In this document: one piece after another, positions 56,221-64,000 of the stretch
Position numbering within the stretch: position 1 is the first letter of the stretch
Layout of the letters: the number at the start of each line of letters is the position of its first letter
NCBI GenBank assembly: GCA_035506215.1
Contig: DATJPW010000191.1
Coordinates: forward strand, 5,689 to 69,688
Origin: Desulfomonilaceae bacterium
Lineage (GTDB): Bacteria > Desulfobacterota > Desulfomonilia > Desulfomonilales > Desulfomonilaceae
Direction: 5' to 3'
Length of the DNA stretch: 64,000 bases
Notes under the pieces: generated by a model
Database searches by the model: none
The model's input: only the letters and a program-made list of their open reading frames with translations
Told to the model about the DNA's origin: nothing
Made by a program: the position numbers and the translations under genes

Positions 56221-56817
56221 CTACCAGTAGCTTCCAAAAACCCCTTCAGGAGGTCCGGCCAACAGGTAGGAAGCGACAGAAGTCTTTTGAGCAAATGGAG
56301 AGAATTTCTTCGGAGCCCCGCGGCCGAATCCCACTGGCCGGCCTGGTCCCATTCCATATCCCATGCCCGGTCCGTACCCCGGACCGCACATTGGCGGCGC
56401 ACACACGGGAGGCGGACACGGCGCGGCCGCAATCATACAAGGCCCACCGGGTGGCGGACAAGGCGGCCTGCAACCATCTTCCAGGAGGCAATCCACTAGC
56501 TTGAACGGAAGAGAAACAGCCCCGACGACTATTTTGCAAGCGCCTTCAAGTATCATTGCCAGGGGATTCTCCTTGCATTGACCGCATGGACGCGGTCCAC
56601 ACGCAGGAGGCCCGCATCTTGGAGGCGGACAAGGCGGCGCACACATAGGAGGTGGGCAAGGCATAGGCGCCGCACACACAGGAGGTGGACAGGCCATAGG
56701 CGGCATACACTGAGGAGTGCGACAGACCGGGCCGCCGGCCGATACCTGCGCTGCGGATGCAATTAGCAACATGCAGGCTATAAGCGCAGCACCTATGTAA
56801 ATTCTGTTCTTCATCAT
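56221..56817 (-). CDS. secreted Cys/Pro-rich repeat protein (CPPPxC repeats)
   Basis: Signal peptide ending VSA-GG. Two blocks of C-x3-5-C spaced by prolines (CPPPVC, CPPPMC, CPPPRC...) flank a hydrophobic core, followed by a Gly/Tyr/Met-rich tail. Confidence 0.6.
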   Translation of the reverse strand: MMKNRIYIGAALIACMLLIASAAQVSAGGPVCRTPQCMPPMACPPPVCAAPMPCPPPMCAPPCPPPRCGPPACGPRPCGQCKENPLAMILEGACKIVVGAVSLPFKLVDCLLEDGCRPPCPPPGGPCMIAAAPCPPPVCAPPMCGPGYGPGMGYGMGPGRPVGFGRGAPKKFSPFAQKTSVASYLLAGPPEGVFGSYW

Positions 56818-56988
56818 TAGACAACCCCTTTCACAAACCCACCTTGCGTGCCAAGGCGGACAGGCTCCCCAAAAGTAATATCATGCCGAATGGGTGGACA
56901 ATACCAAACAGTAGCGATAGGTGTCAATACTTTAAAAGGAAACGCTGTACGGGGCCGCTGATATCAACCATTTTGTCTTATTGTTTTT

Positions 56989-58365
56989 TCACTGCCCAAA
57001 AAGTTCCTCCTCTCCGGAGTCCAACGGAATCTCATCAGCAGGACCACTTTCGGGTCTTTTGGGGAATCCGACCCGACCGCATCCGAAATCCATGGAAGAC
57101 GAAGGCCCTATATTTTCAAGAATTTTTTGTTTGAAGCCTTGACCTTCAGGCATCCACTCTTGAACCATTGCGTCCAGCACAGGTTCGTGGTTCTTATCGA
57201 ACCGAATTTTTCCACGAGGACCTTCGATTTCGATTTCGGATACAAAATTTATCAATTGAGACGGATCACGTCGGTCAGGCGGGAGATCGGACATGCGCCA
57301 GACTATGTCCGCAATATCATATCCTTCCGCAGCCCGGACCACGTCGGTAACTTCACGGCGCAAAATCTTTTTGATTTTGCCTGCAAAGTCCTCCTGGGCT
57401 TTCATGAACGTGAGAGTTCTTACCCCAGCGCAGCTTTTTCCAAGATCGGTGAGCGTCCGAGGAAACGCTGTTAATGAATCAGGTCCTATGATTGGTTGTG
57501 TGAGAGGAGCATTTGCACCTCTGTAAGCTTTCAGGAACGACACCGCCTGTTCATGACGGAATGACGCGAAAACAAAGTCAGGTTTGGACTTGGCCACAGC
57601 GTCTCGGAGGTTCTTAATTTTTCCGGAACGGGCAGGTATCATCATCCTATCTGCAAACGCGCCTCCCACCTTCTCGAACCCATACGCGAAAGAATCCGCT
57701 TCTTCATTGCCCTGTGGATCGTCGTCGCCGGTCAGGAACACCTTCTTCCCTACATTTTTCAGCGCCCAAGCGGCTAACGGCTGAGCTGCCTGATATGAAT
57801 TGTTCCTGACCCTGAAGCTACCGGGAAGGCAAAACTCCCCGGCTACCAACCTCACTGAAGGGTTCGTTACGAACAGGATAATGTTTGCATTCGCAATCCC
57901 GTGGATCACCTTTTCAGATCCATCGAGGGAGGGCGGGCCTACCAGGACATGAACCTGTTTGGTCATGACAAGATCCGCAACAGCTTCCACCGTTTTGGCG
58001 TCATCCTGACCAGGATCTCTTTTCAGGATCTCCAGATTCGCAGCGTCCGATCCTTTTTCTTTCAAATACAACTCGAATCCGCTGAGTAGTGATTTGGCTT
58101 CGCCCGAAAACGGACCTTGTTCCGGGAGAATCATCCCCACCCTAAGGCGCTGTTTATCCGCCGTGGCGGCCGTTGGGAATCCTCCAAGCAGGAGGGCGGT
58201 CCCGGCGCCGGTCCAGACCAAGAAATCGCGGCGGCTAATTCGTGCCGCTTCTTTTCTATGGACGGGCCCGACAGACACTCCACGGCAGCCTCGATACAGA
58301 GCCTCAATCGAATTGGATATGGATTCTTGAATCTTTTTCGTATCCTTGTTCCCGGAACTCCGCAT
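56989..58365 (-). CDS. ABC-type substrate-binding protein (type-1 PBP, branched-chain amino-acid-binding-like), Tat-like leader
   Basis: SRRDFLVWTGAGTALLLGG leader and a PBP1-like body. The Tat motif lies about 45 aa from the first ATG, so the real start may be internal (for example GTG 58278). Confidence 0.6.
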   Translation of the reverse strand: MRSSGNKDTKKIQESISNSIEALYRGCRGVSVGPVHRKEAARISRRDFLVWTGAGTALLLGGFPTAATADKQRLRVGMILPEQGPFSGEAKSLLSGFELYLKEKGSDAANLEILKRDPGQDDAKTVEAVADLVMTKQVHVLVGPPSLDGSEKVIHGIANANIILFVTNPSVRLVAGEFCLPGSFRVRNNSYQAAQPLAAWALKNVGKKVFLTGDDDPQGNEEADSFAYGFEKVGGAFADRMMIPARSGKIKNLRDAVAKSKPDFVFASFRHEQAVSFLKAYRGANAPLTQPIIGPDSLTAFPRTLTDLGKSCAGVRTLTFMKAQEDFAGKIKKILRREVTDVVRAAEGYDIADIVWRMSDLPPDRRDPSQLINFVSEIEIEGPRGKIRFDKNHEPVLDAMVQEWMPEGQGFKQKILENIGPSSSMDFGCGRVGFPKRPESGPADEIPLDSGEEELFGQ

Positions 58366-58857
58366 TTTTTCTCAGTTCCCTTTCTCCACCTCATTGGAGA
58401 TTCTCAATGCAGTCACGAAACATGTCTCTTACGCTTCGGGAGAAGCAAGGTGAACCGCACGCTTTCATGAAGGCAATCAGGGCTCGCCTTGCCCAACCAG
58501 GGCTCCCCGAGGACCGGCACAGGTCGTGATTTCATTGAGAAAACCGGCTCGGTCTCGGGCATCCTACCCCAAGCCGCGCACAGTGTAAAGAAAACGAAGC
58601 CCGTAGACCCCTGGGCTAGCTCGGGAGAAAACAAGTTGAGCATGCGCCTCAGCATCGAACATGGAAAAAGGCTGTCACAACGATCCCCACGAACCGGCTT
58701 GCGATCCATAACAGGACGTTATATAAGAAAAGCAGTGTTATCAGGTCGGTTGCCGGAGACGGACAAGGACGGCTAGCAACCGCTGTTGCGACGTTCATTC
58801 CTTATTTGCAAGGAAGCCGGGTCAGACTTGAGCCGACTCCCACACTGAAGGTGAGCC

Positions 58858-59046
58858 ATGGCCGTGAACCCAAAATTATTGGAGCTGCTTGTCTGCCCCA
58901 AGTGCAAGGGTGATCTTGAACTCACTCAGAAGGGCGACGGTTTGATATGCCATGCCTGCCGCCTAAAATACGAGGTCAAGGACGATATCCCAATCATGTT
59001 GATAGATGAGGCAATTCCCCTTGATAAGGATGTGCCGGGAACCTGA
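58858..59046 (+). CDS. Trm112/YcaR-family small zinc-ribbon protein
   Basis: [15 protein letters not shown]...[24 protein letters not shown]. Confidence 0.8.
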   Translation: MAVNPKLLELLVCPKCKGDLELTQKGDGLICHACRLKYEVKDDIPIMLIDEAIPLDKDVPGT

Positions 59047-59106
59047 GACGTGATAAGCACCCAAGATCAACATGGATTGGCGCCGTCGAATTAAGCCGTA
59101 GGAACA

Positions 59107-60189
59107 ATGAGTTTCAGTCTGGCCCCACCTGGAAAACCCTCTCGCATTCTTGTTCGTGGAACAAACTGGCTTGGCGACACAGTGATGAGCTTGCCGGCCA
59201 TCAAAGAAATCCGGAGACTGTTTCCATCGGCATATATAACGCTGTGGGCGCCGGCAAGTTTGGCCGCGCTCTGGGAAGTGACCGGGATTGCCGACGACAT
59301 CATCTCGTTTGACAATAATTCGGGCGGCCCCTGGCGAAGGCCATACCGGATGCGCAAACGGCTTGTATCGAAAGATTTCGATCTTGTGGTCCTCTTTCAG
59401 AATGCTTTTGAAAGCGCCTTCACTGCATGGCTTGCCCGGATACCGATGCGAGCAGGCTACCCCACCGACATGCGAGGTCTGCTGCTTAACATAAAGGTGC
59501 CTCTCACTCAGGAAATCCGCAGGAAACATCAAGTCTTCTACTATCTGGCGATCACAGACTTTTTGGCGAAAGTCTTTCAAATCCCAGCTTCGCCGGGAAC
59601 CCGGCCGGCCGATTGTTCCATCCCTCTCCGAGAGGAACTCCTTAACAGTGGTAAGAATGAGCTGTTATCCAGGCGTCTCGATCCGGAACTGCCCCTGTTC
59701 TGTCTTTGTCCCGGCTCGGTCAATTCCGACGCAAAGAGGTGGCCTGTGGACTACTTTGCTGAGTTGGCCGATCTCCTGATTGCCCATGTCGGTGGGCAGG
59801 TGGTGTTCCTGGGAACAGCCCAGGAGCATGCACTAATTGAGACTATTCGGTCGCTCATGCAGAATCGAGGTTCCGTCAACCTGGCTGGAACAGCCGACGT
59901 CGTAACCGCGATGGCTGTGATGAAGTTATCCACCGCAGTAATATCGAATGATACGGGAAGCGCGCACCTTGCCGCCGCAGCTTGCGCGCCGGTCTTAACG
60001 ATATTTGGACCGACATCTCCAGGCGCCACGGCGCCTTACGGACCCCATAGCTACACGATTCAGGGCGAAGCTCCGTGCGCTCCTTGTCGCCACTTCCGTT
60101 GCCCGGTCCCAGGCCAGCCCTGTATGCGGAGCGTCGAGCCCGGAACGGTTTTCCGCAAGATTCAGGGAATCACCATTCCTGATCCCTAA
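59107..60189 (+). CDS. waaF: LPS heptosyltransferase II (GT9)
   Basis: ILVRGTNWLGDTVMSLPAI, CPGSVNSDAKRWP and SNDTGSAHLAAA motifs. Confidence 0.8.
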   Translation: MSFSLAPPGKPSRILVRGTNWLGDTVMSLPAIKEIRRLFPSAYITLWAPASLAALWEVTGIADDIISFDNNSGGPWRRPYRMRKRLVSKDFDLVVLFQNAFESAFTAWLARIPMRAGYPTDMRGLLLNIKVPLTQEIRRKHQVFYYLAITDFLAKVFQIPASPGTRPADCSIPLREELLNSGKNELLSRRLDPELPLFCLCPGSVNSDAKRWPVDYFAELADLLIAHVGGQVVFLGTAQEHALIETIRSLMQNRGSVNLAGTADVVTAMAVMKLSTAVISNDTGSAHLAAAACAPVLTIFGPTSPGATAPYGPHSYTIQGEAPCAPCRHFRCPVPGQPCMRSVEPGTVFRKIQGITIPDP

Positions 60190-60208
60190 TCTTTTGGCAA
60201 CGGCCGAA

Positions 60209-61198
60209 ATGTTCATGGAAAATAAGCGCTCTCCTTTCATTAGCGTGATCATCCCGACGTTCAACCGCCTGAACTTGTTGAAGGAGACGCTGGAGTCCGT
60301 AAGGAGCCAGATCTTTCGCGACTTTGAAATCATCGTTGTAAATGATGGGTCGAGCGACGGGACCGGCAACTGGCTCAGCAATCAAACTGACATCCGAGTG
60401 ATCGAGCAAAACAACCTCGGTATAGCAACGGCAAGAAATAATGGTGCGGCTGCCGCCCGTGGCGTCTGGCTTGCTTTCTCGGATCATGATGACTTGTGGG
60501 CCCCCGATAAGCTACTGATTCAGGCCGAATTCATCCGAAACAATCCTGAAGTCGCTATGGTTGCGGCTCGACACGTCAGATTAGGTAAGGCTTATCATCG
60601 GCCGCGACGACCGCGTTGGATCAAAGGCGACCTCTTTTTAAAAGAGTATTCCCAAAGTTTTATGCATACGTCTTCGGTAATGATACGCAGCGACGTCTTT
60701 GAAGAGATCAAAGGCTTTCCCGTCAAATATCGGTTTGCTGACGAATTCGATGTCTGGCTGAAGATAACAGCGGACCACCCCACCGCCTATTTCGACGGAC
60801 CGCTGGTTTTTATTCGTTTTTACGAGTCCAATACCAGTCATGACCGCATCGGGGTGCGGACCGACACTTACGATATTTTGTTAAGGCATTACGATCCTGA
60901 GCGCGTTCCTCGAGAGGTCTTTCTCAGGACTTTGTCTGATCACGACATTTCCTTTGGCAGAGCGTACGCGCACGCGGGCAACCTTTCCGAGGCGCTGAAA
61001 TGGTTCCGAAGCTCTCTGCGAAGGACCCCACTCAGATTAAGAAGCTGGCGATATTACATCAGATACAGAATCTTGTCGGCATTAGGCAAGAAAGACGCGA
61101 CCGCGGTCGGGAGTCAACCGGAAGAGATCAGGAGTGAGAGTTTACCGCAAACTCGGCATCCTGCGGGGGCTCCTGACTCTACTTCAAAGCACTCCTAA
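60209..61198 (+). CDS. glycosyltransferase family 2
   Basis: ISVIIPTFNR...VVNDGSSDGT...DHDD motifs. Confidence 0.8.
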   Translation: MFMENKRSPFISVIIPTFNRLNLLKETLESVRSQIFRDFEIIVVNDGSSDGTGNWLSNQTDIRVIEQNNLGIATARNNGAAAARGVWLAFSDHDDLWAPDKLLIQAEFIRNNPEVAMVAARHVRLGKAYHRPRRPRWIKGDLFLKEYSQSFMHTSSVMIRSDVFEEIKGFPVKYRFADEFDVWLKITADHPTAYFDGPLVFIRFYESNTSHDRIGVRTDTYDILLRHYDPERVPREVFLRTLSDHDISFGRAYAHAGNLSEALKWFRSSLRRTPLRLRSWRYYIRYRILSALGKKDATAVGSQPEEIRSESLPQTRHPAGAPDSTSKHS

Positions 61199-62342
61199 AC
61201 AGTCGGACCGCTACAGGTGCTCGAAATTGAGCTTGGCAATCAAAATTCACCCTGAGACAGCACAGATCCTGAACTCAGATCCACGCGCCGTTTCGGATTT
61301 TCTTCTTTCCGTAATCGAACACCACGCTCGACTTCTCTCGGCCAACAGCAAATCCGTATTGAAGGACAGCCCGGAGAGCGCTGTGACACTGGTGAAACTG
61401 TCAGGTTTCCCCAAGGTCTGCGTGAAGGAACTCCGGTGGCGAGGTCGGATCCATGCGTTAAAGGGATTCTTGCGTCCCACCCAGGGTGAAAGGAGCTTCC
61501 GGAACGGATGGAGACTGCGCGAGGCCGGGTTCGGAGTAGCTGCCCCCCTCGCTCTTATCACAGACAGGCGACTGGGGATCGTGCGCGGCCAATGGGTGGT
61601 CATGGAAGTCATACCCGGTGCGGTCGAGCTGGACCGCTACGTTCTCAAGAGGGAGGCCGAAAGGTGGCAGCCCGAAGAAAAGATCGCTCTTATCAGGCTG
61701 TTCGGCCGGTTTCTGGGGTCCATGCATGCTGCCGGCGTCTTCCACTCCGACCTCAAGACTTGCAACATACTGGTCTCTGAAGACCCTCCCCAAGAAAGTG
61801 ATCCGTCAGACATGGGTCAAGATGATGCTATAGTCTCCGGCATTGAGAATTGCGCCAAAGATCACCCTCCCCTAACCCCTCCCGTCAAGGGAGGGGATGA
61901 GAAAACCCTCTCCTCAGGTGGGAGAGGGATGGGAGAGGGGGATCTTCAAGAGGGCCGACAAGACGCAATTTTCAGCGCAGTTCACCATAACAAAGCGCCG
62001 GCCTCTGGAAAAGCTGTTCGCTTTTCATTGCTGGATTATGATGAAGTACGCTTCTTCCGACATGTTTCCGGCAGACGCAGGATCAAAAACCTGATTCAGA
62101 TATTCTTATCAACGCCGGTTGCTATCAAAGCCACTCAGCGATTGCTCTTTCTTAACGAATATGCCCTGCACGCCGGCTTAAGTCCTTATGAGAAGCGAGA
62201 GACAGCCCGAGTGGTCATTGAAGCTGCGAGCGGAAAAAAGATACTGTATGTCGGGTTTAATGGGGATGTGCGGGAGCAATGGGACTCAACACCTAGTTCT
62301 TCCGGGTCGGCGCTTGAGAAACCAGAGAACCTTTCTCCATAG
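61134..62342 (+). CDS. lipopolysaccharide kinase (Kdo/WaaP family) with a large insertion in the catalytic core (start uncertain; alternative TTG 61227)
   Basis: Catalytic loop HSDLKTCNILV and the downstream LLDYDEVR (IDxD-like) motif are separated by about 84 aa instead of the usual short spacer. Confidence 0.7.
   Translation: MRVYRKLGILRGLLTLLQSTPKQSDRYRCSKLSLAIKIHPETAQILNSDPRAVSDFLLSVIEHHARLLSANSKSVLKDSPESAVTLVKLSGFPKVCVKELRWRGRIHALKGFLRPTQGERSFRNGWRLREAGFGVAAPLALITDRRLGIVRGQWVVMEVIPGAVELDRYVLKREAERWQPEEKIALIRLFGRFLGSMHAAGVFHSDLKTCNILVSEDPPQESDPSDMGQDDAIVSGIENCAKDHPPLTPPVKGGDEKTLSSGGRGMGEGDLQEGRQDAIFSAVHHNKAPASGKAVRFSLLDYDEVRFFRHVSGRRRIKNLIQIFLSTPVAIKATQRLLFLNEYALHAGLSPYEKRETARVVIEAASGKKILYVGFNGDVREQWDSTPSSSGSALEKPENLSP
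61864..61941 (+). repeat. GC-rich double-hairpin repeat embedded in frame in the kinase gene
   Basis: Hairpin A is CCCCTCCC-GTCAA-GGGAGGGG (61876-61896). Hairpin B is CCCTCTCC-TCAGGTG-GGAGAGGG (61906-61928). Translates as PPLTPPVKGGDEKTLSSGGRGMGEGD. Confidence 0.65.
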
Positions 62343-63543
62343 TGCGCGCCACGTATCTGGTCACCCTGCCGGTTTCTGCCATGCAGGCACCGACGAGCTC
62401 CACCAAGCGCTGAAAAAGCTCAGGTCGCGCTGCGCGGGCCTCGGCGAGCTTCTCCTCAACGGGGTAGCCATCCTCTTCGCGTACCAAATATTCCGGATCA
62501 TCGATTTCAGCATCATTAATCAACGCCTCCAGCGTTTGATTCACCGCGGGCGCAAGATCAACCGCTATCTTCGAGGAAGTCTTCATCACTTGTTGGAGCG
62601 GACCCTCAGAGCATTCTCCATCGTTTTCCAATGCTGAAATCCAGCGATGGACAGAGCCTCTCTTTACCGCGTCATTGATCAGGTAATGAATTGTGCTCTC
62701 GAAGATACGGTGCCGGTTCACGATATAATTTCTATTGCGAACCGGGGAGCGCTTGGAAAGCGGATTCAACAGGACTCGGTGAATTATTGTCATAAAAGAA
62801 AAGGGCAAGGCTCGGGCATGGTACGGTTGAGTCAAATCCTGGAGATAATGCGCCGCCCAGGCAGCGAAACGCCATGCCCAATAAATGGCTCCTTTTGCCT
62901 GAGCCAGTTGGGCGAGCGCTGAGAACAGCCTTACTCTTTGTTCCATGAAGCTTATGCGTAGGTCCGGGAAAATATAGGTCAGCACTGGGTTCTCATGGAG
63001 AAAAGCCATGTGGAATGCGGCCTGCGAACTCAGTCCGGTTTGCATACCAAAGGGCGCGCGGCCGTACGCATAGCTTTTCTCAAGAAACAAGTTCTGGTCC
63101 ATGCCCCAATCCGGTTCATCGGAAAAGGTTGCCATGACCTCGCTGATTTCAATGGATTCCTCATTTTCAGTCTGCACGTAAGAGGCCGAGGGAGGACCTG
63201 ATCTGGAGGTGTCATGCTCGACTCGACTGGAGACCTCCTCAGGTTTGAGTGCGCGAACGTATGAGATCACAGTTTTCGGATTTAGTCTGAGCTGGGCCAT
63301 CAGATCACCGGGGGAATTAATCTCCATCACGTCCGGTCTGCTCCGCGCCGCTTCCTCGCTCCGGGCGCTGGGCAAACCCGAATACGCGGCGATGACCTGC
63401 GGCAGGTCCTCACGTGCCAGTGCAATAAATTCATCAAGCTTCATGACATTTGTTTTGTCGGTCACAGATGTTATCCGGCAAGACTTGAGAGCTATTCGGG
63501 TCAGCAAATAATGGGTGTTCCAGGAAAGCCTTTCGCTCTTCAT
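62293..63543 (-). CDS. zinc-dependent phospholipase C / P1-nuclease-like protein
   Basis: LSWNTHYLL near the N-terminus and AWAAHYLQDLTQPYHA (H-x3-D-x3-P-x-H). Start placed at ATG 63543. Confidence 0.45.
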   Translation of the reverse strand: MKSERLSWNTHYLLTRIALKSCRITSVTDKTNVMKLDEFIALAREDLPQVIAAYSGLPSARSEEAARSRPDVMEINSPGDLMAQLRLNPKTVISYVRALKPEEVSSRVEHDTSRSGPPSASYVQTENEESIEISEVMATFSDEPDWGMDQNLFLEKSYAYGRAPFGMQTGLSSQAAFHMAFLHENPVLTYIFPDLRISFMEQRVRLFSALAQLAQAKGAIYWAWRFAAWAAHYLQDLTQPYHARALPFSFMTIIHRVLLNPLSKRSPVRNRNYIVNRHRIFESTIHYLINDAVKRGSVHRWISALENDGECSEGPLQQVMKTSSKIAVDLAPAVNQTLEALINDAEIDDPEYLVREEDGYPVEEKLAEARAARPELFQRLVELVGACMAETGRVTRYVARTMEKGSLVSQAPTRKN

Positions 63544-63547
63544 GGCT

Positions 63548-64000
63548 TCAACCAATGGAGCGATTTTGCTTGATGGCCGCTTCATCAAGATACGCGGTCA
63601 GATTATCGTCGGATTGCATGCTAATGCCCAATGCTTTGTGCCACACGTACGGCGATTCCATGCATAGGTAAATTGCCGCTTCGGGGGCACAATGCCTGAT
63701 CCTGTCCGAGAGTTGTTGGTAAATTTCAATACGCCGATCTTCATGCAAGCGGCGTTTACCATCCAAGCCCCTTAGAAATCCATCGTGGAAATACGGGACC
63801 GGGCCGAAACGCTCACGGGCAACCTGTTTCAGTCCCGAAACAAATCGTAGCACGCCGAGGGAAATCCACACGATTGAAGATGGGTCCAGACAATTAAATA
63901 TTTGATCTATTGTCCGGCAATAGTCATCCTCCCATCCCGGCAAAGGGATTATCGGATCGAAATGAAACCCAATGTGGTAACCCGCCCGTTGAGCCAAAAC
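63548..64000 (-). CDS. spore-photoproduct-lyase-like radical SAM protein, C-terminal part only (runs off the window end)
   Basis: AGYHIGFHFDPIIPLPGWEDDY...WISLGVLRF...DGKRRLHEDRRIEIY pattern typical of the SplB family C-terminus. Confidence 0.55.
   Translation of the reverse strand, partial: VLAQRAGYHIGFHFDPIIPLPGWEDDYCRTIDQIFNCLDPSSIVWISLGVLRFVSGLKQVARERFGPVPYFHDGFLRGLDGKRRLHEDRRIEIYQQLSDRIRHCAPEAAIYLCMESPYVWHKALGISMQSDDNLTAYLDEAAIKQNRSIG

Noticed and set aside
56246-56824. Multiple overlapping ORFs on both strands across the CPPP-repeat gene (56246..56539, 56287..56499, 56363..56581, 56546..56824 and others).
   Set aside because: They are a consequence of the GC-rich, stop-poor repeat DNA. 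Only the 56221..56817 minus-strand frame has a signal peptide and a coherent repeat architecture.
58560-58790. CCACGAACCGGCTTGCG (RNase P-like ACAGAACCCGGCTTA) and CAGGTCGGTTGCCGGAGACGGACAAGGACGGC (SRP-RNA-like).
   Set aside because: The other universally conserved RNase P (GAGGAAAGTCCGGGC) and SRP domain IV (GGAA tetraloop, AGCAGC) elements are absent.
62188-62637. 149-aa + strand ORF overlapping the 3' end of the kinase gene and the PLC-like gene.
   Set aside because: It has no motifs or RBS. The region is explained by the convergent, overlapping ends of the two better-supported genes.
1-64000. Search for CRISPR arrays, IS elements or transposases, integrases, prophage genes, rRNA and tRNA genes.
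   Set aside because: I found no regularly spaced direct repeats, no DDE, serine or tyrosine recombinase-like ORFs, and no rRNA- or tRNA-like sequences by eye. A proper tRNAscan or Infernal run is still advisable.

Overview
This is a 64-kb chromosomal segment from a Gram-negative bacterium (lptD, waaF, Kdo/WaaP-type LPS kinase, GT9/GT2 genes). Gene content suggests an anaerobic Desulfobacterota/deltaproteobacterium-like organism: archaeal-type apgM, a MoeA-PBP fusion, a class I/II aminotransferase coupled to carA, many PAS/Cache histidine kinases, and apparent selenocysteine use. That lineage guess is inference only. Most of the window is housekeeping or transport: apgM, folC, lptD, a livFGMH plus binding-protein operon, carA, ychF, two moeA paralogues and an LPS-core cluster. 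Interspersed are regulatory modules (two ECF sigma/anti-sigma pairs, a MerR-family and a GntR/FadR-family regulator, two sensor kinases), a vapBC toxin-antitoxin pair and several conserved-unknown genes. I recognised no rRNA, tRNA, CRISPR array, transposase or integrase. The strongest finding is a MerB-like (organomercurial lyase family) gene at 6329-7090. The ORF track splits it into fragments because both positions that align with the MerB catalytic cysteines are in-frame TGA codons. Each TGA is followed by a SECIS-like hairpin, so I predict a double-selenocysteine MerB homologue. Other points of interest: (1) a family of about 60-nt palindromic REP/MITE-like elements with six clear copies, compensatory stem changes and a positional bias just after stop codons; (2) a GC-rich double-hairpin repeat inserted in frame into the catalytic core of an LPS kinase; (3) two secreted Cys/Pro-rich CPPPxC-repeat proteins; (4) a roughly 5.4-kb block of unrelated genes that splits the LPS-core genes; (5) a frameshifted EthD gene; (6) a pair of identical GntR-type operator palindromes. 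All family calls come from motif recognition by eye and no database search was run.
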